DNA of 62,948 bases, filler included, from Sphacelaria rigidula (lineage: Eukaryota): NCBI GenBank assembly GCA_964200075.2. It is 5 parts of 5 records of this genome, joined end to end, with 100 filler letters (N's around TTAATTAATTAA, not from the genome) between each part and the next. Parts side by side here need not be neighbours in the genome. Positions count along the whole stretch, not along the records: positions 1 to 12,512 come from CAXNAA020003680.1; positions 12,613 to 25,123 come from CAXNAA020003681.1; 3 more parts are not named here. One strand, given 5' to 3'. The notes beneath the pieces were generated by a model. That model was not told the DNA's origin, searched no databases, and was given only the letters and a program-made list of their open reading frames with translations. The stretch's first letter is position 1; the number at the start of each line of letters is the position of its first letter. Both the position numbers and the translations under genes were made by a program. Of this stretch, positions 9,949 to 23,000 are shown in pieces.

Positions 9949-10904
9949 CTTAGAGCTTTGACAACGAGCTCAGGGTCACGCTGGCTCGGATCCCACTCGT
10001 TGGATGCCATCATGCTTTGCGCAAGACCCAACGTGATTTGTCTCACAACGTTCCTCCGCTCCGCTCCAGCGAGCGGGAACAATGTATGGTGGTGACGGCG
10101 CATATGTTGCTGCATGAAGTCCTCTGTGGCAGGATCTAGAGACTCTTCCTCAGGGGGGAACTCTTTGTGTTTACTACCGTTACTCCTGCGCTTGCCCCTG
10201 AAAAATGCAAGCACCTCCTCACGTCGTTCTTGCACAACCTCTGCGCAAAGAAAAAACGTCTTTTGCAGCATCCAAGGAATGATCTCGGTCTCCCTGATCC
10301 CATCACAACACTCATCCTGCATGCCACCCACCCACTTGCTGACCGTTCCAGTCAGCGTAGTCCGTGTGCTGCGAACAAGCTCCTGCAGAGTAAGACCCTC
10401 TTCATTAGTGCATGTTTGGCGGGCGAAGCGTGCCCTCCTCGCCGCTTCTTGTCGTCGGAGCTCTGCTTGGCATCGTTCAGTTTGCCGTTCCGCGTGCATC
10501 CTAATTTCCCGCTCGCTGGCAAGCAAAACGCTAGTTTTTGTCAACGTCTCAGACAACTTCTGGTTCTCGAGGGTCAATGTTCCCGCTTTCGCCCTCGCAT
10601 TATCTCGTTCCTCGAGCAAGATGGCGCTCGAGATACGCAGGGCGTTGATTTCGTTCGTGACATCCGCAAGATACCGCTTTGTTCGCCGCAGTTGTCGCTC
10701 GAGATTCCTCTTCATGCCCTTCAACTCCAGCAGCTCCAGAACGACTTGACGTTTTTCCACGTCGCCGTACTCATCTCGGCGCTCACATGAGGACGATCTT
10801 GTGCGGTTGCTGTTAGAGCAGCGTGTCCATGGGGTGCTCCATGCCGTTGCGGCCGTACCATGTGATGTCGCTGACTCGCTTCGTTTCAAATGTCTGGCGG
10901 GCAT
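9949..10904 (-). CDS. Large exon of a coiled-coil protein (same gene as 8636-8875)
   Basis: Uninterrupted ~318-aa ORF with heptad-rich E/R/L stretches, ending at an AG|GTGAG donor. The true 5' boundary is uncertain (ATG at 10904 or an acceptor near 10935). Confidence 0.75.
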
Positions 10905-12512
10905 GCCTTCAACGGTTCGCCGTGGGATGCGGAATCTAGGGGGTATGATGTTACTGTGTCGGGTGCACCGGCTCCGAACAAAATATTATCGACGAGTGGC
11001 AGCACTGAAAGGCAATAGGTGTGCACACACCGGCACAATGGGTGCTACACGATGATTTGTCGCTACAGGGCAATGACACCAGGACCCCAGCTAGGTGGTG
11101 TGGAATATTTGTCAAGTAGTATTATTAGTGAAACCGGACATGCGGTGCCATGAGGTGCTGTTGTACGATATGTCACTTTGCCGAGGACCCCACCTGTTCG
11201 AGAACGAAACTTTGGTCCGCTGCCACAAGACCATTATATCGCTGGGCAACTAGTCCCGTACCAAAACACCAAACTAAGTTGTCAACCCGCGATGTCAATT
11301 GGAGTCGTTCTGTTGCTTGCACGCACAGGCTCCAGTGCGTTTGCGCGTGTAAACTGCATCAGCCTTTGGATGTTTTGGGGGCCCTTATTGGAAAAACATG
11401 ACATGGGTCCAAAAATTGAAAATTGCTGGCTGGAGCTGTGTAACGTGTCTTTGTGGGCTCACGACTTTTCTTCAGACCGAGATCCACAGAATGAACGGCT
11501 GGTAGTGCTGGGTGCTGCGGAGATGACCCCGAAGGATCGGTTCACAGGGTTGTTACCAGTCATCGTACTGGTCGTCAACAACAATGTGGCTACTTGTTTA
11601 CGGTCGCTCATCTATATGCGCACACTGTGCAGACATATACCTATTATTCAGTCCTCTAGTCAGAACATGCGCATCGCATATTCTCAGCGTAGTAGTGCTC
11701 TGCACTTATGCATACCACATAGAAGGAGTTTAATATGCGCGTGCGCGCATACATAATGGGCCGGCAACACGATTCATGGTGCTCCATCTTATGCCTTTTA
11801 CAAAAACCACTATTTTATCTGCGGGCTGATCACGTTGCGAGCATTCGGAAGTCACACACTTCCTTCCCGTACTACCCATCATGGAGATTCGAGGTGATGA
11901 TGCTACCCGTGTTTGTTACTGATCGGAGCCACACGATTTGCCTCCTTTTCGTTCGTTTCTCATTCCTGACTGATCACGTCTTTCCGACAGAATTTCTTGC
12001 GATTTGAAGTTTTGAGGCTGAATTTATTTTGTCGATTTCTTGTCAGCGGGCCCGTGCTGTACTTTCAGTCCTCAAAATGACTAACGACCATGGTCTGTAT
12101 CGATACAGCCTCGAGAGCTAAACCGTGCATCGTTAGGCTATACAAGCGGTGATTTCGTCCAGTTTCCTCCCACCGACGCCTTTCCCTCCGGGGATGTCCC
12201 CATGTCCCCCATATTTTTACTATCAGTAGAAGTACAGCATCCGAAACTCGAAGTACTCGATATATTTAACCGTGAATTACTGTCAAGTATACCTGGGAAG
12301 TCGAGCATGAGATACCTCTACTGATTGAGACCGAGAGAGCATAACAACAAAGCGTCGGGGAACGCCATCATCATCGTCAGCAATGGTCGTTCCTGTACAG
12401 CATGGTAAGGCACAACAGCAGTTAGTTGTAGTAGTTCTGGATACGAGCTGGGCCGGGCAAGAAGCCTACTATCAGTAAGTCGAGTCTAGCTCTGCCGCAC
12501 TAGCGAGTTTGG

Positions 12513-12612
12513 NNNNNNNNNNNNNNNNNNNNNNNNNNNNNNNNNNNNNNNNNNNNTTAATTAATTAANNNNNNNNNNNNNNNNNNNNNNNNNNNNNNNN
12601 NNNNNNNNNNNN
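12513..12612. other. Artificial contig linker
   Basis: 100 bp of N with a central TTAATTAATTAA (stops in all six frames). Confidence 0.97.
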
Positions 12613-12857
12613 TGTGGGGTGTTCCTTGTTTTACTTGAGGTTTTAGTATTGAGAGTGATACGTTTTGTTTTTTTTTGTGGGTGGGGGGGGGGGGGGGGGG
12701 GGGGGGGGGGTATTAAAATGTTTCAACGGTCTTGAAACTGAATTTTCGTCAAGTTTGTCGGTGGGAATCGTGTAAACTGAAGATTTTCTCCGTGCTTGAT
12801 CGTCTTTTTTCTTTGTGCATGTGCGTCCGCGCGCGCGCGTGTCTGTGTGTGTGTCAG

Positions 12858-12996
12858 GATGGCCTTGTCCACTGCGCTCAACACCGTAGCGCACGGGCAC
12901 GTGCACGAGCTGATGGGCGGCACTTGGTCTGGGGAATTCAGAGACTTTTCCAAGAGAGTTACGACTAACGTCCTACCATTCTTGCACACTATTCAG
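12858..12996 (+). CDS. Internal exon of a tyrosinase-like (type-3 di-copper) protein
   Basis: CAG|...|GTGAG boundaries. Encodes MALSTALNTVAHGHVHELMGGTWSGEF..., with the CuB-type HxxVHxxxGG motif. Confidence 0.6.
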
Positions 12997-14829
12997 GTGA
13001 GCGACGAGAAACCTAGCATCGACAAAAGAAGGAAAAAAAATGACTCCCGTATCTACGCTTTTCGGGGTTACTCAAAAACGCCTCTCTGAAGGGCATATGC
13101 CCATTTGACGACCAGGCAACGGACTTGGCTCTTGATGGAGAGTCTTCGCGGATTGTGGTTTCTCGGAAAGACTTTGCTGTATTCGTTGGCCGAGAGGATT
13201 CTACCGCAATTTGCCGATCTTTCGTACGTGGCATATGACTTTTGGCCAGACTGGTGAAGAACTCCTCTTGCACCCTGACACCTTTTGCCATGTGTTTCAT
13301 GTGGGTTTTTGTACACCTTGGGGAAAGACAACGGGGATTTTTCTTGTGTTGCATGATAATTTCTAGTACCGCCAACAGCCGAACTAGGCGCACGAAAGAT
13401 CGCCGAAGTGTTCTGGAATCCTTCCGCAGTGAACAGCGAGTCTTTCCGAGGTGGCTGAATCCGTTGAGCCCCCATTTTTCTGGAGGCCAAAATTGGCGCC
13501 GAATCGCTTAAATAGGCATTCTTCTTGAGAGACTCTCTGTTGATGCCCACAAACTGTGGACGTTATATCAATAGAGAGTTTCGGAAACACAAATCAGAAC
13601 TCAGGGATAAGGAGAAACTCAGGGATTATTGAGAAAGTTGGGATTTAAGGCCAGGATATGACGAATTCCCCTAGCTAAACCCCGAAAACTGAACCCTGAG
13701 AAGAGACATGCCCAGCAACTTCGGTTTAATTTTGAATTAAAAAAAAAAAAAACTGAGGTGCTAGACACGCCAAAGCGTTGGTGCCCAACTCAGGGCTATG
13801 AAACGGAACTAGACACCCTGCCCCATAACGACCAAGGTTACAGAACACAGCCGAAGGACAAGTATCATAAGTGAGGCGGTGGCGGATGTCGTGAACGCCC
13901 GCGACAGCACTGGTGATGGCAGCTCGTTCACAAGGGTGACCCAAAACTACGAGGAACACTTGGAGGCGAACGGGGGAGCCGAGACACCAGTCGAAGTGGC
14001 TCATGATGATGCGAAAGGGCGGGAGTCGGCCGCTCAAGCAGCTTCTATGAGGACTTGACGAAATGGCAACCCAACGTGAAGCTTGCGTTAGCTCGCGCAG
14101 TTACACCACCGTTGGGTGGCCATTTTGTCGAGATCCCGTAGCGGCTGCATGGGTGGCCCACTTCAGCCCTTCCACGTCATCTTTATCCAGGTCGACAGGT
14201 GTCTATCTCTCTGTTCCCCCTCTCGCCTTCACGCAGCTAGGATTACTGCGTGTGGTGAACCTTTATCGAGAACTACTGTAATTCCTCAAAGTATGCAAAC
14301 GGACACACATAGGCATGTGCACACTTGTACTACAGACAACAGTACTACAGTACTACAGAACACTTCCTACCGAAAGTGTACAAAACTGTGTACAGACAGT
14401 GCAACAGTACAGTAGTAGTGCAACCCTCAACTGTCTCAACTCAAAAGTGCTCTACCAGACACAGACATGTGCAGCACTTGTGAATGACTAGCGGGCGCCG
14501 AGGTGCACTGCCTGTGTGCCCAACGCTGTCTACTGTGCCGGGTTGGTATCCGGAGGCTGTGTTTACGATACTGTGTGTGAGTTGTCGTCCCATCTATTCT
14601 GGACGCCGGTCTACACCTTTCACCTTTCAGTATATGTGGGCACACCAGTCGGGATCACACAGGAAGGTCAACACAGGAGGTTTTTTCCTCACGTGTTTGT
14701 TTCTAGTACTCAATTTTTCTTCTGCGGTGCTGGCCATTATTTTTTTGTCGCGAGAGGGGTTCAGCAGCCCCTTTGCCTCGTCGACATGTGATGGTAAATG
14801 ACTGAGTGCCTGAATTAAAACTAGGTCCT

Positions 14830-15366
14830 TGTGGATATGCAGATGGTCCCCAGAAACGACCAGCGGGTATGGAAAGGTTCTAGTCGAATGTGTGTTTGTA
14901 TGAGACAGGATTCGATCCTTGTGTTGTTGACGCAGCGGGTTATGGATTGTACCCGATTAGCCGCGTGTACCTGCTGCTACTACAGCCTTGATTACCTAAA
15001 GGTACGGCGCGTCACGGTGATTTTGTATTATGACGAGATTGTAAGCGGGGCAGACGGATGTATGGACAGCTGCTCTACCCCCCGGTCCCGCTCGAAAACC
15101 TCGACTACAGTCTTCAGGCCTCCTTGGATATAAAGAAGAGCTTTACTCATCAGCTACCCGCCGATCTCCTGTCTTCAGTGTCGCGAGTCCACAGCTTTGA
15201 CGTGAGTCTTAGCAGTGCTGTAATTCTACCCTCATTCACCATTGTTACTTGTTTGCTGGCTTTGGGGCTGTTCCCACTTTGACAGCTGGGCTATTGTATT
15301 GAGAGAGTGAAAAACAACAGTTTGGGTTAGCAAGTCGGAAACAGGACCGCCTGCCTACACCCCACA
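14830..15366 (+). mobile_element. Putative 5' LTR of the Gypsy element
   Basis: Starts TGTGG, has a TATA-like TATAAAG near 15128, and ends CCACA (at 15193 or 15366). No second LTR is available to confirm it. Confidence 0.3.
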
Positions 15367-16739
15367 AGGGTGTGGCTTGCTTGCGTTCGGTGTATACGGC
15401 ACTACTGCTTGCGGTAGTTGCTTATACTTCCACATTCATGGGGCTTCAGAGGTAGCTTGTTTCATTCAAGCTGTACGGTTTTTCTCTTTCGATCGGCCGC
15501 TGCTTACACACAGCCAAACACCAGCTCACGGTTTTCTCTCGAAAACCTTGTATTTTCGGCCCTCGTTTTCACTTGATATTTGTGTACATGATTTAGCGGT
15601 GTAATACGCCGCGGTAATTTCTCAGCTTCTTAGACAGCTGTTCTCTCTTTTACTCGGAGTTTGACAGACATCCCGACTCGAGTTAGCTGCAGGTGTTCGA
15701 TGTGTCATACAGTACCTACGTTGGTTTCAGGCAGTGGCAACCGAACCATGAAGCGCTCAAGGTACGAGCGCACACGTCAGCCCTCTCTTGCTGCACAAGC
15801 GCTCTCACTGGTAACGTTATACACCGCACAGAGGACGCACAGCGTTTTCATGCACACTCGATCTGAAGTACCGTGTCCTTTTGCACCCACGGGCGGTTCT
15901 CGGATAATAAAGCCGCTCACACGTTCCTTGTTTAGATACGCCCCTCAAGGGTCCGTAGCTTTTTCACCGCCCTCCCGACCATCTGCCCCCGCAAGCGCCC
16001 CTGCCCACAGCCCGTCGATTCTGTATCAATCGAATCGACCGACATGTGTCCAAACACACGCCAGTTCATGCTTGCGGTAGAGAGTTCGTGGGCTATTTCA
16101 ATCGCCGCCCGCTGTACATCCGACTTCTCTTGCCCAAACACGGAACGTTGAGCCACCATGCGCACCGAATTGTATCGATGCGGCATGATCGACCAGAATA
16201 AGAATGTTGTCTGTACACGAGCATGATTGAACACGGCGATGCGCGAGGCTCATGTTACTTGTACACAAGCGCTCGACTCTGTACTTTTGAAACTTTTGCA
16301 CGGCACCAGTGTACACTACAGTTTGACTGCTGCCCCACCAACACGCACTACAGTACATACTTGGTCGTCCAGAAGGCCACTCACCTTTCCCGTTGAAACA
16401 TTGTTCTGAATTGAAGTGCTGACGACAGTACAGCACCGTTTCAATTACAAGTGGTCCAAGCGGGGAATATCTTGCGGACGGTGAGGTGCCGTACTGTAGC
16501 ATGCGTTGGTACTGCTACACTATCTGAACGTAGTCATGTATATTGCATTGTAGATAAGAACACGGCGCGGGCATAACGTTGTGTCGGATTTGTTTCATGT
16601 ACTGCGAACAAATTGATATCGTACTGCACTGTTGACCACGCCCGCTGGACCACGTGAAGATCATGTGTACTGTACTGTGCTACACAGCATTTCGTTGTCT
16701 GGTGCTTTTTACGCTGCTGTGTGCACTGCACTACACATT

Positions 16740-16989
16740 TGACACTTTCTACGATAGCCCCCCCCCAAAACCAGCCAAAAGTGTCACAAAAAAAATGAGC
16801 ATACAGCGCCTGATGCTTGGGTTCAGGCTGCATGAAGCGCCTGATATTGGCAGTACTGGCTAGAACGAACCCCGTCTTGAGAATTCCCAGCTGCTCGTTG
16901 TGCTCGGCTTTTCTTGTTTCGATTCACATGAAGATTTTGCCTCCCAAAACCATGCACTTTTTGGGGGGGGGCTATCGTAGAAAGTGTCA
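16740..16989. mobile_element. MITE with poly-C/poly-G TIRs (related copies at ~83-310 and ~55329-55560)
   Basis: TIRs TGACACTTTCTACGATAGCCCCCCCCCAAAA / TTTTGGGGGGGGGCTATCGTAGAAAGTGTCA. The core TTCAGRCTGCATGA...CAGCTGCT is shared with the two other loci. Confidence 0.8.
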
Positions 16990-17003
16990 CTTGTATTTCG
17001 GTT

Positions 17004-20000
17004 GTGCTTGTCCATTTATCAACTGTCTACCTATACGATGTACGTCACCAAGACTCCACCAACCCACACACATACGGGTTGTTGTGTGCCTTCGACATAG
17101 TTTTTTTTCCTTTTCGTCTGCGTCTGATTGAAAAGGTGGTAGACCTCATGCATGTGCGGAGTGCGCAAACCTACATGTCGATCGACTGTCGACAGTACCC
17201 TGCCACTCTATTCCTTTATTTTTGTTCACGCCGCCCCAGTCCTCAACAACGATGCTCATTTCCACTTCGAAACGTTCACTTTTCACCCTCTGCGTCTCTA
17301 CGTTACCGGTTTGGCGCCATGGCGCACGTGTACAGGCCATGTCTGATATCAACCGTCCTTCGACTTCATCGTAGCACGATGTCACGAAGGACGGTGCGCT
17401 CCCTACAGACAATGGTAAAAATAACCGTACAGCCAACCCAAATCATGCGTAGTGAGACGGTTGGCAAAAACAAACAGGAACGTTTTGATGTTGATAATAG
17501 CGTCGTTGCAGGACGTCTTTTCAGGGACGTGAGTGTGGATGAAGACAATCCTCCTCCACATGCTGACCTTGAACCCGTTGGTGCCCACTCCCCTGTACAC
17601 CAACCAGCCACTCAAACCGCTGACGGTGTTCCCACTCTTCATTCTCAGATGGCATCTCTCCAACTAAGCCCTGATGCTACGAAAACCTTTCCTACCCATG
17701 TCCCCCGCACCCAAACCGGTGCTGAACCCTGTAATAGCCCCACTCTGGCTGTTGATGACCAGCCCAAGCCAGAACAATCCCCGCCCACGTGTGATGAAGC
17801 ATATTTCCAGCTCAAGCAAACTTCTCCAGCCCTCATTCCCCCGCGTTGGTACAACTTTTCGCTAAATGAACGAAAAAAATGCTGGGACCAGATTGATGAC
17901 AGCAATCTAGCACAGCTTGAACATGCCTTGAGAGAATTGGAATTTGCCCACCTCCAGGCGGGTCAACATGCGGGTTTTTCAGGGGTACAAGAGCCCGCGC
18001 AGGTCCCTCGTGAGATGGATGTCCACCCCGAGAACAAGCCTACAGAACAAAATGAACTAGAACGCGCGATACGCAAATCCACACAAGGCTCTGGAAATTG
18101 CGAAGCAAGAACATAAGCTGTTGAAAAAAAGACACTTGGAAGCTTCGCGTCATTTTGGACTATGTTGGCAAGTCTGGTAATCACAACTGCGTCGTACGGT
18201 CGTCTGCCCCGCCCCCAAGGCGACACTGATTCACCGCCTGACCCCCCTGACCTGGCACACTTTCAACCACATGCACCGGCCCACTCAAAAAACGGTAGAC
18301 GTTTACACATGGGTGGACCTAGTGCCGCGGCTGAACCCCGCCAGAGCGGTACCCACACAGCAATGATGCTCACCTCACAACTTGACAACCTTTTGGGAAC
18401 GTTCTACAAGTTGCGGAGATTCCAAATAGCATACAGTGGGGTAACTCTGGACGCGTTGCTTGACCCAAAAGCTAAGCCCCGTCACCAGCCCAGTTTATTT
18501 TTCTAATTCTGTAAGTCATTTCTCATTTAGTTGGTACAATCCCACGATTAAAAATATACAATGACCGGCAATTCACTGCAGAAGTACCCAACACTTATAT
18601 GTCAACAATTTGTTTTCGCTCGGCCAGGTCACGCACATCGCACGCACGAATCAACGGTGGCCACCGCGGCTTCAACCATGTGGTGTGAGTTCCCTGGATA
18701 TGCTGACACTGCCTTGAAGGGTTCCAAGACAGCCGAAGCCCGTGCACCGTTGCATGGCTATCAATTGAGCAGTGACCAACCCCAACGTTTTAACCCTGGA
18801 TTTGATCACCCACTTTTACATTCATCAGGTACTAATTATATTCAATCGAATCCCCTCCGTTGAAAGGAGAGGAAGTCGTGTAGTGCAGTTTCTCACGCAT
18901 CAGGAGCCGAAATATCTTCTGGTACGATAGAGACTGCTGCTCCGACCGTTCATCGGAGGACACAAAATTTGAAGCCTCACACTCGAGCACCCCCCGACTG
19001 CTCAAGTGCCCGGCTAACCACCCTACCGAGTTCCGCAAAAACTACGGTACCCGGTTCCCTTTTATTTGATGAGCGTAATTATTCTTTGAAGGGTCGCAAC
19101 CGCAAAGAATCCATGCTTTCTGTCGCTCAGCGGGTTGGAATGGAACCCCCAAGTGACAGCGACTCAGGTGGTGCGCCAAGAGCGTGACCTAGGTTCGACT
19201 GTCCAAGAACTCATTTCAATAGCTTCTAGAGCCGCCGATCCTCTCGTGCGCTACACGCGTCACCAGACACGGGCTCCTCCAGATGATCATGTAGATAACC
19301 CTGATGTAGCAAGCGCACGTGAACTCCAAGGAGGAGATTGCGTGTGGGCTCAGACGGATGAAAACCTTAGAGTGGAACAGGCCGGTACTCCCCAGATTTC
19401 GAACAGATCGTTACTGCTCCCTGACCACCCCGCGTGCACTGCGTTAGAACCTATTTCCGATGTAGCGTTGCCGTCTGTAGGGCAGAGACTTCGCCGACTC
19501 ATGGACGTTCGCATCCTAGTCATGAAGTCACCTCAATCGTGTGTTCGTCACCAGGCAAACAAAGTGTTACGCAAGACGACTCGTCTCCTAACTCGCCCAC
19601 GTTGGCCCCTTTAATTGACGCCAGGTTGACCAGTACAGCTTTACCAACCCCGCGTCTTGACGAATCGTCGCCGAAACCTCCCATGTTGGCCCTAACTAGT
19701 GATGGCATTGAGTTAATTGGCGTATCAAACTCAACACCGCGCGCCGATGAATCGTCCCCTGTTCCGACCAAGCTGGATAATGTAATTGACCCCGCTTTGC
19801 ACATTGACGATTCGCCCCCTCTGTTGGCCAATAAGGGTAAAACACTACGCACAGACCAGCTGTCGAGTCCAACCACGACAACTGCTCTTCCCCAGCATCG
19901 CCCCTCCGTTGCAGTATATGAGATCCAACCCTCGACCTATGAGACAAATATTCCAGGCACAAACACTGACACTCCATGCACGCACCATCCTTCCGACCAA

Positions 20001-23000
20001 AAGCTCGTCTCACAGGATCATAAACGGGTGTATTTTAGCACCTTTGTTCAAAACGCGAAACAGGATGTGTCAGATGTCATACCCGAATGCGGGCCCGATC
20101 TCGTCAGTGGTACTGTAACTCTGGATGTGCTTCTTTTACGACCAAAATAGGTTTACATAGTGGAGCGCGTGCAAGCTGTCATTTGATAGCTCTTGCACTA
20201 CCAGATTCTGGTTCACCTCAAACGTTCATCACCGCCAGCTGCTGGCAACAGATGATCAACGCGGGCGGACGAGAATTGCTTGTCCACCGTGCACCCTCGT
20301 GTGTTTGGTGGCTTTGGTTCCTCCACATCTCTTACGGTCAATCAACCGGTGAGACAAGTGCAAAATTTTACCAGGATACTACTCCCACTGCTCGGTTGTC
20401 CGTATGGGCACTAATAGCGCCCGACGGTTCCATGTCTTTTGATGTTTTGTTGGGTCGAGATAGTTGGCTTCGTTTTTCCACACATACGTATACGACGGAC
20501 ACACCTGTCCCGAACCGTACAGTAACGGGCAAACTGTCTCTGGATCACTTCGACACTGATTCGGGAGTTCATGCTTATGAGGATGATCCCACGAAAACAG
20601 GTAATGCTTCCCGTCTGTACTATGTCGGTGAACCGGTAATCTCGCTTTCTTGTGAACCCCAACTAATACAAGTGAACCTCGTGAGACGCAATCGATCGCC
20701 CGCCCTCACAGGACATTATTTGGTCGAGTTGCTCAAACCTGACCAAGCACAGGTTGGTGCGTTTGAACAGACCGAAGTCTTTCTCCACGAAGGTAGGTAG
20801 GCCATTTACCTCACGTCCTCGGCATGTTTCGATATACCCAACGGTTAGTTGTTGGGTTATGCTCAAGCGCCTCTCATACGAACCGCTCTGTCAGATGTGT
20901 GCCCCCCGGCAAACAACAACTCGCCGACCGACCCCCCGAAATCTACGGGGCCCCCTCCGTTACACATGTCTGACCCCATGGTGGTGACAAATCCACCGGA
21001 TGCGCCTGACCCTCAACCTCCAACTGCATTACTGGATAGATTCTCTCCAGAACAACGCGCCAGTTTTCAAAAGTTGTGGGATGACATTCCCCCTCACTTA
21101 CGGCATATTGTTTCGATCTATCTGGCGATGGTTGGACACCCACCGTAATCGATAGATTGAGATCCATCTTGATTAGATACTCTGAACGGTTTTCTACTGC
21201 ATCCTTGGATTTAGTTCGATGTACCACGACACCGTTTAAGATCAAGATTCCTGATGGCACTCCTCCTATCGCAATGGGTCCGTACCGTACTAACCACCTT
21301 TTAGCGGATATGATCCAGGTAGTTCTCGACGGTAACTTGTCTTCCGGTTTGATTCGGCACTCGACGTTTCCGTGGGCCTCGCCTTTAGTAGTCGTCCGTA
21401 AGAAGAATGGAAAAATTAGACTGACGGTCAATTATCAACGATTGAACGCTGTCACCAAAATCGCCCGGTTGCCACTTCCACGGATTGATGAAATTATTGA
21501 CTCTCGTGGCGGGGGTTAAGTATTTTCGAACTTTGACATGCAGTCCGGCTACCATCAGCTCGTGATGAATTCAAATTCCATTGAACTGACGGCGTTTTGC
21601 ACACTATCAGGTTTGTACGAGTGGTCGGTTGCACCATAAGGTGCCCCCGGAGCTCCAGGTGCATTTCAACGTGTAATGTTCCGTGTAAGTGATGGATTGC
21701 CCAAACGCCATATGTACCTTGATGAGGCGGTGTGGCACGACTCCACACCGGCCGAACACGTCGAACAGTTGGCATCATTTTTCCATCAGTTTGAACAACA
21801 CAACTTGAAACTCGCACCCTCCAAATCCCGCATTGGCGCCACGAAGATTGAGTTCTTGGGTCAGTGCATCACCCCCGAAGGTCGTAGCCCAAACCTCGAC
21901 AAGGTCGCCGCACTCTCCGATATGCCCATGCCACGGGACATTTCTCGACTGCGTTCCTTGTTGGGAGGTCTAAGCTACTACAGACAATACTTGCCAAACC
22001 TTGCCCAAAAGCTAAAACCCCTGACCGCCCTCCTCAAAAAAGGGGTGAAATTTTTGTTCACATTGGAAATGGAAAAAATCGTCCACCGCCTTTTCGACAC
22101 CCTTTCGCGCCCGCCGATTCTCGTCTTCGCCGACTGGTCGGCCGCGGAGCAGGGTTCCCGCCCTTTCCGGCTCCACATAAATTCTTCCAAAGTTGAGTTT
22201 GGCTGCACATTAGAACAAGAGCAAGTCGATGCTACTGTTCGTCCCATTGTCCATCTGATCGCACCACTTTTCCTAATGAACAGAATTGACCATCTGAGTC
22301 GCAGTTGTTTGGGGCATGCGACGTCTGCGTCAGTATTTGTATGACATCCCGTTTTTTATTTATACCGATCATAAGTCTTTATAAAGCCTTGCCAAAATGG
22401 CGGAACACCACCAAGGGTCCAACACTGGTTCGAAATCCTGTCGTCTTACAACTTTCAACTGAAGTACCGCACAGGTCCCCAGAATGCAAACGCCGACTTC
22501 CTATCACGCTTGCCCACACCAGCCCAACCTATCGATGGATCCGCCATGGGATGTATCACCGATCCCACCGAAGACGTTGTATATTTCATAAGCAGGAATG
22601 GACATAGAGGTCCCTACACACCACTTTCACTGAGAGAAACGCCAGCTTTAGGCATGGGTGGGCTGACGACCACAGCCCACGCATCAGTTCTAGGCAGCTT
22701 GCAATCTCAATCGTTGTACTCAGTTTGGAATGGACTGTCTACGAACACTGTTGGCTATGATCATTTTCGTGCAACTGGCCAGCGCATGGTTTTCGCAGCA
22801 GGTGTAGAACCGTCCCTTGCTGACTCCGTCTTACCAGTTCAAGTTCGAGATTTGATTTCGAGTAGGACTCGTGGACGGCGGACCGAAACGGCCACCAAAT
22901 TAGCCGTATCCGGTCCTGACTTTCCCCCCCCTGCCCCCACCCCGGTCCCCGATAGTTTCCTTGCGCCCCCGCAGCCTCCGCGACGCAAGGCCCCCAGGAA

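Noticed and set aside
10114-10790. Long + strand ORFs (211 and 207 aa)
   Set aside because: Antisense shadows of the - strand coiled-coil exon, with no recognisable motifs.
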